Shown here: positions 28,392 to 42,716 of the stretch, piece by piece
How the letters are laid out: each line of letters begins with the position of its first letter
Numbering within the stretch: position 1 is the first letter of the stretch
Made by a program: the position numbers and the translations under genes
NCBI GenBank assembly: GCA_951406725.2
Contig: OX597838.1
Span: forward strand, 3,038,001-3,102,000
DNA from: Octopus vulgaris
Taxonomy: Eukaryota
Direction of reading: 5' to 3'
Length of the DNA: 64,000 bases
Notes under the pieces: model-generated
Database searches by the model: none
What the model was told of the DNA's origin: nothing
What the model saw: the letters and a program-made list of their open reading frames with translations, nothing else

Positions 28392-28639
28392 ATTGAAAGA
28401 GAGAGAAGGAAAGAAGGCAGAAAGGGATTAAAACGAGAGAAAGGGAAGAAGTAAAAATGAATATATGCGTTCGTGTTGTCTATGCGTGAATATGGTTACT
28501 TATATACATACATGTGCGCGCGCGTGAGTAATTACATATGTACGTGTTTGTGTGTGTTTGCTTGCATGTGAGTGTGTATATGAATATATACGCCAGTGTG
28601 TGTGAATTGATACAGTTCTTTGAATACACACATATACAC

Positions 28640-29310
<671 letters not shown>

Positions 29311-29712
29311 TCGGAACCGTCAAACGGATCGGATATCTGAGAATCTGAGAATCTGTTCCTCTATTCTTCTTCTTCTTTTCTTCACCTTCTTCATCCTTTC
29401 CTTCCCAACAACAAGATTTCAAACCGGAAACACACTTCAAATTGGCAGACTTTGTTAAAGAGACCATCATATTTGTGTATCTGTTATTATTAGAACCGAA
29501 GATTTGGTTAGCGGAAGCAAAACTGACGGCTGTATTCTAAGAAGAATGGTAAATGGTGAAAATGGTAGCGTTATTTTCTTCTTCCTTTTTACTTATTTTA
29601 TTTTTTTTTTTTTTTTTTCATTGTTAAATTTTGGTTACTTTTGGTGATAATTTATGAAAAAGAAATATCAAAGACAAACAGATTTGAAACGCAGTTATTG
29701 GTAGATTGCCGC

Positions 29713-29766
29713 ATTGGTGCATTGGCAAATTGGTGTATTGGCAAATTGGTGTATTGGCAAATTGGC
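29713..29766. repeat. 16-bp tandem repeat ATTGGTGTATTGGCAA (seven ATTGG units)
   Basis: Read directly from the sequence. Confidence 0.85.
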
Positions 29767-29924
29767 ACATTAACATATCGTTATATGTATATATACTTGT
29801 GTGTGTGTGTGTATCGAAATGACAAATCTAAAATAAAAATAGATGCAACGGCAACAATAGACAAAGGGACATACGCAGTAAATTAATCAGGTTGGCACTT
29901 AGTTTAAAGTGGAAAAGAGAGTGT

Positions 29925-29957
29925 GTGACGTTTCGGATAAGGTACTTCGTCAGAAAG
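29925..29957 (-). ncRNA. Degenerate minimal hammerhead motif
   Basis: Minus strand CTTT-CTGACGA-AGTACCTTATCC-GAAA-CGTC^AC: canonical core and GUC, stems decayed. Confidence 0.55.
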
Positions 29958-30935
29958 TGGAAAGATGAAAGGCCAGAGGTGAAAAGAGGTGAAAAACGTC
30001 CGTGAAAAAGAACGTGTGGTCAATACATACGTGAATACATACATACATACATACATACATACATACATACATACATACATACATACATACATACATACAT
30101 ACATGCGTAATTAATTCTCCTTCATTTATACAATAAAGTGTTCCCTGGTGATTCCTTCTGGATTTGCATTCAAATTCACGTGGAATACCCAATGCATATT
30201 TTCAAGCAACGATAATAGTGAAACGTACGTAAGGACCAATAGTATTAACTTGTGTTCAACTTAGTTTTTCTCAATATTACCTATGTGTATCATAACTAGT
30301 GATACTAGAAAGTATCGTAGTTGCTTCACCACTATCCTGGAAGCACAATCGATGATGACAGTCTACGTAGAGCTCTAAACGTAACAAGAGAAGTCGTTCA
30401 TTTTATTCATACAGATAAGATATACTGTAAGTACTTACATCTATGTGTGTATCTAATTATGTGTGTATATGTATGTATGCGTCTGTATGTATGTGTGTAT
30501 GTATGTATATATATATATGCATGTATGTATGCATGGATGGATGGATGTGCGTATGTATGTTTGTATGTACGTATGCATGTATGTATGTACGTAGGTATAT
30601 ATGTATATATTATGTATGTAGGTATGTATATGTATGTATATGTATGTATATGTATGTATGTACGTATGTATGTATGTATGTACGTATTTACATACATATA
30701 TACGTATAAAATACATCTGCATAGGTGTGTAAGTTATACACGCATACATGTGTATACATATATTTATATATTTGCAGGTATATATATATATACATATACA
30801 TATGTGTGTGTGTGTAGACAGCGATGTAAATTATTTCATTTTATGTTTTTTTTTGACAATATGTTAATGGATTATCAAGTAGGAATTTCTAAACCCCTCT
30901 TTTTGCGTGAGTGTCCGTGCGTGTATGCATGTATG

Positions 30936-30992
<57 letters not shown>

Positions 30993-31068
30993 ATCATATC
31001 ATATATGATACATGTATATGTGTCATACATGCATACGCAATTACATATAACTACATATATATATATAT

Positions 31069-31120
<52 letters not shown>

Positions 31121-31445
31121 CCACATATCATACATATTTATACTCCTGTTGTCTACGACGTACACCACTTACCGATTCCATTCGCCGGCCTCTCTTTTTC
31201 TTCGTGTTTTCTGTCATTTATAGAATATGAAATATTTCATTTCCTCATTCTACCACTCACCTCCCACCTCTTCCACTCCTCTCTCTCTCTCTCTATCTAT
31301 GTATATACATACATATATACATATGTATGTATATATATTCATATATATCGCTACTTTCGTTTCATATCTTTCTTTTCCGTTTTAAACAATTTTATTTGGA
31401 AATGTTGAAGATCTTCCATCATTTCATTATTGCATTGCTGATGAC

Positions 31446-31492
<47 letters not shown>

Positions 31493-32252
31493 CGATGATG
31501 ACGATGATGACGATGATGATGAGGAGGAGGAGGAGGAGGAGGATGACGGTGACGATGCTGATGCTGATGCTGATGATGATAAGATGATTATCATCATCAT
31601 CGCCACTATGATCGTCATCATCATCATCATCAACATCATCATCATCCTGACGATTGTAGTGGTGGAGGTGATGGTGGAGGGGAGATCATTATCTATACAT
31701 CATCATCGTCGTCATTGTCATCATCATCATCATCATAGAAATGACGACAGTAGTAGTAGTGGTGGTGGCAAAGATCAAGATCTGTAGATGCGTGCGCACT
31801 CGCACGCATGTGTGTGTGTGTCTGTGCGTCTGCCTTTCTTCGATATTGTTGTAAGCGCTCTGCAGAATTGAAACGAGTCACTAACAAAATGGAAAAACTT
31901 TTTTCGTTTAAACCAGGAAAGTTCCGGGTATTTATGAAGCGTCTACCAAACATATCTGAGTCAGGTGACCAATGATAGCGAGTATCGTTTCATTCGCTGA
32001 CGAGAAACTCAGAGTTTTAAGATGTTCGTGTTCCACACTTGTGAGCTCTACGTCTTTCGTTGTTACACACCTGGTTTGTCGATATACATACATACATACA
32101 TGCGTACGTACATACATACATACATACATACATACATACATACATACATACATACAGTCATACATACATACATACATATATACATACATACATACATACA
32201 TACATACATACATACATACATACATACATACATACATACGTACATAGATATG

Positions 32253-32536
32253 TTTCTTTATTAGCCACAGAGGGCTGCACACAGACAGGACAAAATTACA
32301 AGGTAGAGCTTTTCTTTTGGTTTTCGAACAAAAGGAATCGTAAATGGAAAGAAAGAGGACAAAAAAAGGGGGGGGGATGAAAAAATTTTTTTACGGTGGG
32401 GGAAGGGAAAGGAAAAAAATTGGATCAATAGGGATCGTTGTCACAGAAATGTCAATATGAAGTGTAAAGGGGTGGACAGGTGAGGTTTACCCGTGGAAAG
32501 AAAAGCCTACGGAAAAGACCACGGTAACCTCGGTCA
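32253..32536 (-). mobile_element. LINE-like 3' UTR fragment sharing its tail with SINE family A
   Basis: Minus strand ends TTGTCCTGTCTGTGTGCAGCCCTCTGTGGCTAATAAAGAAA, similar to the SINE A tail TTGTCCCCTCTGTGTTTAGCCCCTTGTGGG(C/T)AATAAAGAAA. The upstream part is unrelated to the SINE. Confidence 0.6.
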
Positions 32537-32547
32537 GATAGATAGAC

Positions 32548-32636
<89 letters not shown>

Positions 32637-32823
32637 CATGGGTAGATAGATAGATGGAAGAATGGATGGAGGAATGGATATGTAGGTAGGTAGGTAGGTA
32701 GGTAGGTAGGTAGGTAGGTAGGTAGGTAGGTAGGTAGGTAGGTAGGTAGGTAGGTAGGTAAATGGATTGATTATCAGAGTGACGTAGATAAATAAATAGG
32801 TAGACGTGGAAAGAAAGAAAGAA

Positions 32824-32864
<41 letters not shown>

Positions 32865-32929
32865 GGCAGACAGGCAGGCAGGCAGGCAGCCAGACAGAGG
32901 GGAATGTAAGAGAGGCGGTGGTGGCGGAT

Positions 32930-33340
32930 AAATATACAAATGTTTTTCAGTTCGTAAAGTTATTTCTTCCCGTTCAACTATCAAATGGAACCATTCTCTG
33001 TTGGCCGAATTCCATCGCCATATCAACCAAAAATGCATCGCAGCAGTCAAGATCTTTTGATCAGCAACAAAGAAATTATGGGTTCGATTTCTCCTTCAGA
33101 CATCACAGTCGTACGTTTTCCATATTGCTTTTCTCAGCTCATCAGTCTCTCCACCTTGTTTTTCACTCGGAATTGTCTGCAAGAATTTGGTCAAGGCAGC
33201 GTCTATACAGAATGCTTTTATGAAAGCAATATATCTAAGCCTTATAGATTTCTCTCTAAGTGGATAGTTTCATTCTTGGCAAGATTTGTCTGCGACAAGA
33301 CAAACCACTTTTCGATATCAATTTTGCCATCTATAAAGTC
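32930..33340 (-). pseudogene. Decayed RTE-like LINE reverse transcriptase fragment
   Basis: Frameshifted pieces in the expected order: WFVLSQ, YIAFIKAF (compare YIAFxDxxKAFD), RQFRVKNKVERLM, TTVMSEGE. Confidence 0.5.
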
Positions 33341-33589
33341 TTCCACTGCTGCTGCTGCTGCTGTTGTTGTTGTTGTTGTTGTTGTTGGTGGTGGCTGGTG
33401 GGGGGTATTGGTGGTGGTGGTGGTATTGGTGGTGGTGGTGGTGGTGGTGGTATTGGTGGTGGTGGTGGTGGTGGTGGTGGTGGTGGTGGTGGTGGTGGTG
33501 GTGGTGGTGGTGGTGGTGGTGGTGGTGGTGGTGGTGGTGGTTGCTACTCTTGCTGTTGTTGATGTTGGTGTTGCTGTTGATCGAAGCGG

Positions 33590-33947
33590 TCTTCGTCCCA
33601 GAGCTTGCAAGATGGGAGAAGTCCGAAACGAGGTCCTTTGCTATTCGTAAGACCCGCAGAAGAGAAAGCAGGTCAACCCCCGACACCGAGAGCATCGACG
33701 GATGGATGAATGCGCATCCAGGCTCAGCGGTTGCGTAGGAAGTCGGGGACAAGAAACAGGAAGAAAGGGTGAGAGAAAGTTGGGGCGAAAGAGTACAACA
33801 GGGGTCGCCACCACCCCCTGTCGGAGCCTCGTGGAGCTTTAGGTGTTTTCGCTCAATAAACACACACAACGCCCGGTCTGGGAATTGAAACCGCGATCCT
33901 CCGACCGCGAGTCCGCTGCCCTAACCACTGGGCCATTACGCCTCCAC
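33590..33947 (-). mobile_element. tRNA-derived SINE, family C
   Basis: Minus strand GTGGAGGCGTAATGGCCCAGTGGTTAGGGCAGCGGACTCGCGG...GGTTTCAATTCCC (A and B boxes). Head repeated at 54955-55044. Confidence 0.85.
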
Positions 33948-34089
33948 TTGCTGTTGTTGTTGCTGTTGTTGTTGCTGCTGCAATGCTGGTACCGTAGTTT
34001 CTGTTATTGTTGCTTTCGTGTAGCTCCAGGTCAAACCTGATGAAGCAGGCCTATGGTCAAAAAGCAATCCAATCGTACACATCCACCCG

Positions 34090-34123
<34 letters not shown>

Positions 34124-34124
34124 C

Positions 34125-34365
34125 ACTCATATTATTCCGAGGAGACCCCGTGTTGAGTGCAGTCCTCAAGCACCTCTTCCATTGGGTCCAGTCAAAAAGC
34201 AGGTGTCATAACACTCTCCCCGGCTGGACTGCCACCCGTCACCAACCGAGATTCTGGATATTGTTCCATCGTCTCATTCTCGGCCAAAACCCTTCGTCTC
34301 CTGCTGGTTGACTCAGCGAGAAGAACCCGTCTCGCGTCTATTCCCTGCCTTTCCAGGCAGAATAT
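34125..34365 (-). pseudogene. Decayed RTE-like LINE ORF2 C-terminus
   Basis: ARRVLLAE...RRRR and, in another frame, AFDWTQWKRCL (compare AxDRxxWR at the RTE ORF end). Confidence 0.4.
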
Positions 34366-34445
34366 TAAGGGCCACGTTATCCATAGTATCACTTCTTTTT
34401 AAGATGGTAGACTACGATGGTGAGGAATATTTAGCTGCTATTTCT

Positions 34446-34680
34446 TATTTCTTTATTGCCCACAAGGGGCTAAACATAGAGGGGACAAACAAGGACAGAC
34501 AAAGGGATTAAGTCGATTACATCGACCCCAGTGCGTAACTGGTACTTAATTTATCGACCCCGGAAGGATGAAAGGCAAAGTCGACCTCGGCGGAATTTGA
34601 ACACAGAACGTAATGGCAGATGAAATACCGCTAAGCATTTCGCCCGGCATGCTAACTAACCACTCTGCCAGCTCGCCACC
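34446..34680 (-). mobile_element. SINE family A, full length, with 15-bp TSD
   Basis: TSD TTAGCTGCTATTTCT at 34431-34445 and 34681-34695. Confidence 0.95.
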
Positions 34681-35037
34681 TTAGCTGCTATTTCTAACAG
34701 CTGAAAACCCCTGGTTGACTTCTCTATCCTGTTATTAAATAGTTATTAAGTAGTCTACAAGAGAACGTCAGCATGCGACTTTGTTTCTCCTTCCTGCCTT
34801 ATCCATTATATATGTATAATGACGCTGACACGCTATCTTATATATATGCACGCGTGTGTGTGTATGTGTACATACACATATACACACATTTGCACAGATA
34901 TACAAGTGCTAACACGCAATCTAAAAGATAGCGATTAAGCAATGACATACATTGCTTGTTTTATACATAAACATTATTTCTTGTACGGGGTAAGTGGTGA
35001 AACATCGTGTAGATGGGGAAAATAACGGATGACAAGT

Positions 35038-35082
<45 letters not shown>

Positions 35083-35110
35083 TTTAATACACCTGCTTGT
35101 TGTTTCTTCA

Positions 35111-35258
<148 letters not shown>

Positions 35259-35451
35259 TAAAATCTCAAGAAGAGAAAGAGTAAGTAACGTATACTAAAC
35301 AGTAAAAAGCCAGTCGCCACATCAAAGTGATTGTTGGATGTTACCCCAGGCAGGGGTAGTCGGCTAAGCTGGTTGTCAGTGCGACATTCTGCAACCTTTT
35401 GTATGCAATACATTTTTTTAAAGGAGGGCAAAACCCCTAACACCCTCTGAC

Positions 35452-35510
35452 AGGTTCTCGAGACTGACTCAGTTTCGAGCTATTTGGCCCGTCCTCAGTC
35501 GCGAGCACCT
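35452..35510 (-). ncRNA. Well-formed type I hammerhead ribozyme motif
   Basis: Minus strand AGGTGCTCGCGA-CTGAGGA-C-GGGC-CAAATA-GCTC-GAAA-C-TGA-GTC^AG-TCTCGAGAACCT: canonical core, GUC site, 12-bp stem I with 2 mismatches. Confidence 0.8.
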
Positions 35511-35573
35511 TCATGCCAGATGTGTTCGTATATGTATATATGTATACATAAATATGCACACACACAGACACAG

Positions 35574-35649
<76 letters not shown>

Positions 35650-35696
35650 GTACATACATACAGCCAAACATCCATACATACGTACATACATACTTA

Positions 35697-36006
35697 GCAA
35701 TCCGTCTGTTGCGACGACGAGGGTTCCAGTTGGTCCAGTCAACGGAACAGCCGGCTCGTGAAATTAACGTGCAAGTGGCTGTGTACTCCACAGACACGCG
35801 TACTATTAATGTAGTTCTCGAGGAGATTCGGCGTCACACAAAATGTGGCAATATGGCTGGTTCTTCGAATAACATGTACAACCGATTTTTGCCAGAATGT
35901 GATATAAAGGGACTTGCTCAAGGACACAACGCACTGCCAGGAATCGAACTCATGACCTTCCGATCGTAAGCGGGGTGCGCTAACCACAAAGCCACGCGCC
36001 TTCACA
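35697..36006 (-). mobile_element. tRNA-derived SINE, family D (CORE-like)
   Basis: Minus strand GGCGCGTGGCTTTGTGGTTAG...GAGTTCGATTCC...GTGTCCTTGAGCAAG. Confidence 0.85.
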
Positions 36007-36614
36007 TACGTACATACATACATACATACATAACGTACGTACGTGTACATGATACTCCGTCAGCGAACCAACACTGATTCCCCACCACCAACACGTCCTC
36101 CACCACCACCACCACCACCGAACGTGTCTGACTCCAAGAACGGAAGGAATGACACAGGAAGGAGACCCCAAAGAACCTCTTCCAAGATGTTATTTCATTT
36201 TTGGTCGAGAAGAAAAATCTGTATCTGATGTCGCTTCCAAACACCACTTTGAGAAAAAGTTTTTTTTTTTACATTTTTCAATGTGTGTGCGTGTGTGCGT
36301 GTGTGTGTGTGCGTGTATGCGTGCGTATGTGCGTGTGTGTGCGTGCGTGTGTGTGCGTGCGTGTGTGTGTGCGTGCGTGCGTGCGTGCGTGTGTGTGCGT
36401 GCGTGTATGTATGTGTGTGTGTGTATTTATGTGTCTATGTGCTGCATGTGTATTTGTGTGTATGTGTGTGAATATCCTCTCGCGTGTGTGCGTGTGTGCT
36501 TGTATTTATGTATGTTTGATTGCTTTTGGTGTATGTATGTGTGTCTGTGTTTCCTTGTAGTTCTCTAGATGTGTTTAAGCAGACACACACACACACACAG
36601 AAGTGTTTAATATG

Positions 36615-36688
<74 letters not shown>

Positions 36689-37129
36689 CGAAATGTACGT
36701 CATCTGCTCTTCGCTGCGGCACACGTCATAATCATGAAATGTATTCCGACAATTTACATATGGCATACTCTCTCTCCCTGCTTCCCTCTTTCTCTCTCTC
36801 TCCCTCTTTCTCTCTCTTTCTCTATCTCTCTCTCTTTCTCCCTTCTCTTCCCCTCTCTTTCACACGCACACACATATACATACATAATCACATACATACA
36901 TTTACATATAGTGAAATATGTTATGAATAATCTTGCGCATGCTCAAACCAGACTTTCTCCTCCCCCCTCCCAACATACGCGTCTTCTCTCATAATGTTTC
37001 TTTCGTCTTTTTCGGTGTGTATAAATAAATACGTAGATCTATGCACAATATGTATGGATCACGGCATGTATGTTTGTATGTAGGGATACATGCTCCTGGT
37101 GTATGCGTGTATGTCCATACGTACATACA

Positions 37130-37320
<191 letters not shown>

Positions 37321-37339
37321 GTATATATATATATATATA

Positions 37340-37438
37340 TGTAGGTCCCGGGTTGAGTCGGGGTTAACCACAGTAAATAAGGTACTCAATACATAGCAGA
37401 GTAAATTAATTTATTTTATAGAAGGAAGCTCCTTCTAT

Positions 37439-37444
<6 letters not shown>
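37340..37444. mobile_element. Truncated foldback end of the 14.3 kb hammerhead family
   Basis: TATTTTATAGAAGG-AAGCT-CCTTCTATAAAATA hairpin (37412-37444). It matches TTTATTATATAGAAGGAGCT at 14301-14320 and lies between (TA)n tracts. Confidence 0.65.
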
Positions 37445-37477
<33 letters not shown>

Positions 37478-37691
37478 GATGGAGATGTGCATCATTAACT
37501 AGTTAGAGATATCCTCTTGGGGTTAACAAGAGTAAAGTCCGTTCGAACGGACAGCCATGTTAAGGTGGTCGCGGACATTACTAGTTAGTACAACTACTGC
37601 GTTCATCTCTTAGAGAGATTTTAGAACGAACGTTTTTGCTTATATATATGTTTGTGTGTGTGTGTGTATGTATATGTGTTTATGTACATAC

Positions 37692-37725
<34 letters not shown>

Positions 37726-38304
37726 GTGTGTGTGTGTATATGTGCGTGTATGTATGTATATATACACATGCATACATATATCCACATACATACATACATA
37801 CATACTTGAGGTGATTGCTTCATCTTAACAGACAGTTGCTGTCTCTTTGTCCTTCGTCCTTGTCATTGGTATTTCTGATTTTCCATCCATGACCTCTCAG
37901 CCTCGTTGCAGATCTGTATGGTTTGAAACATAGGCGACAGACGAAAGCTCTAACTTATTGTACGCTTCCAACTGGTTAGGTCTGTATACGTTGCCCCTTT
38001 TCTATTGTCCCGGGACTTCCAGTGGATGGAATGGCAAATAAGGTCACCGTAAAGAGACATCATTGGATCATAGTGATAAAGGTCTCTTGTACAACACAAG
38101 TGCCATTCTCTGAGTCTTCGTGATTGGTACACAATGACAGGGAGGACCATTAATCATGTGAAACCGAAAGGTCCTACATCAGAGTGTCTCTCTCCTAGAA
38201 GAACATACATGCATACATAAAAACACGCATGCATGCATATATAGATGTATACATACATACAATACGTGCACACATAAATGCATACATGCATACACACACA
38301 CACA

Positions 38305-38370
<66 letters not shown>

Positions 38371-38439
38371 TCATGCATAGATGCATACATACGTACATAT
38401 ATACTTACATACATACTTGTATGCAAACATGTTTGTGAG

Positions 38440-39150
38440 CAAGTTTCTGGTGCTGAGTTGTTTAAAAGTTCTTAAATCAACGACTTTCATCTCATCTGGC
38501 GTCCAGTCAAGGAGCCACAAATGTTTGTATTGATATTGCTACAGCAAACATTGTGAGCCATACATGTATTACCTGAAGACAGCATTGAGATTTTTCAAAT
38601 ATTTTTGGCACCTTCTCTGATTACGCATTCCACATTTTCATTCAGCATTCGAAGCATTCTTTGCGGAATATCGGGAAAAGAAAAGTGATTGTTTAGAGAT
38701 GTATTTTAGTTTACCCTCGTCTTACGATCAGATAAGAACTTATATCGCTCTTGGCTCAACTCCATCCCGAGATCATTTCAAAATGTCATAACCATATCAA
38801 AGCTCTTCTTCACACAAATATCTTGTTATAAGATCTGGAATCTGGGGTGGAGTGGGGGGGGGTCTGATAGTCATTTTTTTGCAGTACGTCTTTCAACACA
38901 GCGCCGTCTGTTTCACACAACATTTGCTCACCATGTTTTAAAGTAAGTCTTGTTCTAGTTTTTCTATCCATAAAATTCATGCTGTTCAACTCATCATTCT
39001 TTCGAAATATTCCTCTGCCAGTCGTCTTCAACGTGTTATGATGGAGTATCTTTTACTGACATCAACTTGTTTATGTACAAAGAAGGAAAGACTGGTTTGA
39101 GATTTCTTGCGCCCACTTCAGCAACTGACTTTCAACAACAACCTGAGAAC
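38440..39150 (-). pseudogene. Decayed R4/Dong-like LINE RT region
   Basis: Minus-strand pieces NDLGMEL (compare DIGMEFG) and [18 protein letters not shown] (compare WTxxELxxxDRKTRKLL). Many stops and frameshifts. Confidence 0.5.
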
Positions 39151-39239
39151 TCTGACACATAGTTGTGTATATGTATGAATATATGTAGAAATATGTGTGT
39201 GAGTGTGCATGTATATGTATGTATATATTACGTATATAT

Positions 39240-39274
<35 letters not shown>

Positions 39275-39639
39275 TATTTATATACATATGTAGTTTGAAG
39301 AAAGAAAGTTTAGGCCAAGCGTTCGCAGATCCTCCGAGACATTTAAGATTGATGTTTTTCGCGTGGTTCACTTCAAACTGTTACAAGTCTTAGTAACTAC
39401 ATGACGGAAAGGGGAAACGGAGAAGATTCCGGTGGGATGAAATCTTGTCGGTGAGGTGGGGGAGAAGGAGGGAGAGTGCAGGTAGTGGTCAGTAGGGAGT
39501 CTGAAGGAATGGGAGGCGCTAGGCAAAAGAAGGGTGGGGGGTAGTCTTTTCCCCTTTCGGATGAGGCTAAGTGAAGGAACTGTAGGAACTGTAGCATGCA
39601 TATGTGTATCTATGTGTGTGTGTGTGTGTGTGTATCAAG

Positions 39640-39784
39640 CACATGCGTAGTTGTTCCCAACGACATGGTTTCAGGTTCAATCCCACTGCGTGGCACCTTG
39701 GGCAAGTATCTTCTACTTTAGCCTCGAGCCGACCTAGGCCTTGTCATTGGATTTTGTAGACGGAAACTGAAAGAAGCCCGTCAT
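39640..39784 (+). mobile_element. SINE family B, 5' half
   Basis: GGTTCAATCCCACTGCGTGGCACCTTGGGCAAGTATCTTCTAC...GACGGAAACTGAAAGAAGCCCGTC. Confidence 0.85.
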
Positions 39785-39924
39785 ACATATATATATGTCT
39801 GTGTGTATGTGTGTGTGTATACGTATGTGTGTGTATAGAATAAGAGAATATATATTTTTATACACACACACACACACATATACATATATACATACACATA
39901 CACACACATACATATATATACATA

Positions 39925-40833
39925 TCTACTACATATGTGAGAAATTCTGTCTCTGTGTTTGTTTGTGGAGTTGTTAGCTGACTCCTCCTACATCGTTTTA
40001 TCGATTTTGATGAAACTTGACACGTGAGTAGAACTCATGTCTGGCAACCTTATGGCATACTCAGATTGTTGAAAAATAATAGGGCCTCTGGAAGGGATCC
40101 TTAAATATATCTAATATATTTTATTTTAAAAACCATGGAAAATTACCCATTTGATCCTGGAAGGGATCCATATATATAGCCAAGGGAAATAACCCATTCA
40201 TTTTCCTAAATTATTTGGGTAAAATGAAATTGAGTTTGCTTATTTCTTACCATTTGAACTGTTAGAGTTATTTTCTCAATTTATCCAGTACAACACTTAA
40301 ACAAGTAAATAGTATTTTCCTGAACAGTAGATCCAATTATTTCGGTTAGTGACTCATTCACGAATATACCAACACTAGCGCCCAAGAGAGTAATATTCTC
40401 TGGGAATGCACAAAGGCGTTCAGAGTTATTTACTTTGAATTGTTATTATCTCATATCTGATTAGCCTGTTATTACGAAACATGCTTCTCGATTTTAGTAT
40501 ACATACCTTATTAGTATTTCCTCCTATGTTCTATATACTCTGGGTACGCATTAAAGCCCTTTTCGGGGTTACTTTATTTGAATTCTTACTATCGAGTAAC
40601 TAATTTCATGTTATTACATAACTGACTTCACAATTTTGGGCATTCATAACTTATTGGGAATTCCTAAAAACAAGATCCTGTCTAAGACAGTTTGGTATTC
40701 TCTGTAAATGCACAAAAACCGTTTTAAGGGCTACACACTTTGTATTGTTGTTATTGGATTAGCGAAACAATTATGAGAACGGAACCAAGGGATAAGCCCC
40801 GTTGTCCAGGGAATTATCGGGTACGTCAGCTAG
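39925..40833 (+). mobile_element. Non-autonomous Helitron (about 910 bp) inside the SINE B microsatellite
   Basis: A then TCTACTACATATG... at the start, ...CGGGTACGTCAGCTAG then T at the end. Decayed subterminal hairpin. Microsatellite resumes after it. Confidence 0.7.
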
Positions 40834-40847
40834 TATGTACATATATA

Positions 40848-40887
<40 letters not shown>

Positions 40888-41526
40888 ATTATTTATTATT
40901 TAACTGAACGCCAAGCATCCATGTCCAAGTAAGTTTATCTTCACCTTTTTGATACGACTCACTACTCTATACTGTATTCTCCTTCCTTCCTTCTCTAATT
41001 CTCTTCTTCCCATCGCTCCTTCACCGTTTTCTATCTGTCTTTCTCTTCCCCTCTTTCTCTCTCGTAGCTTACACGTGACCATGGTCCATCTTTCTTTTCC
41101 TCACGTGACCATCTTTCTTTTCCTGCACGGACGTTTAAACGAACGGACGTGTTTTTCTCTTTCTCCCTTCTATCGCTCCTCCTTTCAAAAAAATGTCTCC
41201 CAGCGTTCACTATTTTCCTCTCGTTCTGGTCCAACGACCCCCCATGTTTGTTTCCGTTAGGTTTCCTTGTATGTTTCTGCTGTCATTCTTTGGTTCCCAA
41301 CTTTGACCCTCCATAAATCCTAAATTTTTATTTTAGAATTTATGAGAGCAACTGTCTTTGAAGATTCATATTGTCGTTGATTACTCAAAATGGGGAGTAG
41401 ATAGACAGCCGACAACTGATGAAGGGACCTTTCTCTGTGTTTGCTTGTCCTATTTTTCATTTTTTTTCTCGTTGTTTACGTATTTCATGTTATTTGCACC
41501 GTTGGTAACGTCCTGTACATGTATGC

Positions 41527-41561
<35 letters not shown>

Positions 41562-41620
41562 CGTATGTTTATGTGTGTACATACACACACACAAACACAC
41601 ACACACACACACACACACAG

Positions 41621-41673
<53 letters not shown>

Positions 41674-42259
41674 ATATATACACATGCATATATATAATAT
41701 ATAGCTGTATATGTATATACATGTATAACACATACTGTTTACATCTCCAATAGTTATGATTTATGCAATGAGGTCATATTAAAAGTAATTATGATACTCT
41801 CCTGGTATACATCCAATTCCTAACTGCTTGTGTGTGTACGTGTGCGTGCCTCTGTGTGTGTGTCCATATGTGTATATGTATGTGTTCATGTGTGTGTGTG
41901 CATGAATATTTGTACATGAGTGTGTGTGTGTGTGAGCGCATTTATGCGCTTCTGTAATAAGTACACTTCCGGAAGTGCATGCATGTGTGTGTATGTGTGT
42001 GTACGAGTGTTCGCGTTTATATGCATATATATTTCTATATGTATATGTGTGTGTGTGTGTGTGTGGACATGTATGTATACAGCCACATTGTTGCCTGTGT
42101 GCTGCCTGTGTTTGTGAGTGTATATATATGTGTATATAGGCATACATATATACATATATATATATATTAACACACACAACACTTTTTATGTCTACATATG
42201 CATCTATCCATGCGTATGTATGTGCTTGCATACTTCTGTGTATGTATGTGCTTGCATAC

Positions 42260-42295
<36 letters not shown>

Positions 42296-42357
42296 GTGTC
42301 AGGAACATGCAGAAGCTCTCAAAACCACGCACAGTCTCACATACAGTGGCCAACACG

Positions 42358-42399
<42 letters not shown>

Positions 42400-42659
42400 C
42401 ACATACATACGCGCACACACGCGTGCGCATGGACAAGCAATGAGCAGAAATACAACCGCACAACACCGACACATTCTCCGCCACCATCGCCACTACTTCC
42501 ACCCTCTCTGCTCTCTGACGTCATCCCCCTCACTCCGTGCCCACCACCACTGAGGTGTCTGCCCTGGCTTCTCTCCAAATACTTCAAACTCTTCAAACCT
42601 TTTATTTATTCGATGTGCTTACGGACACACACTCTCACACACACGCACACACACAAACA

Positions 42660-42716
<57 letters not shown>

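Noticed and set aside
33290-33340. EKWF motif suggesting a mariner transposase
   Set aside because: Adjacent frames fit LINE RT motifs (YIAFIKAF and following) better.
33860-33947. Apparent tRNA gene
   Set aside because: A and B boxes are present but it continues into a SINE body and has a second diverged copy, so it is a SINE head.
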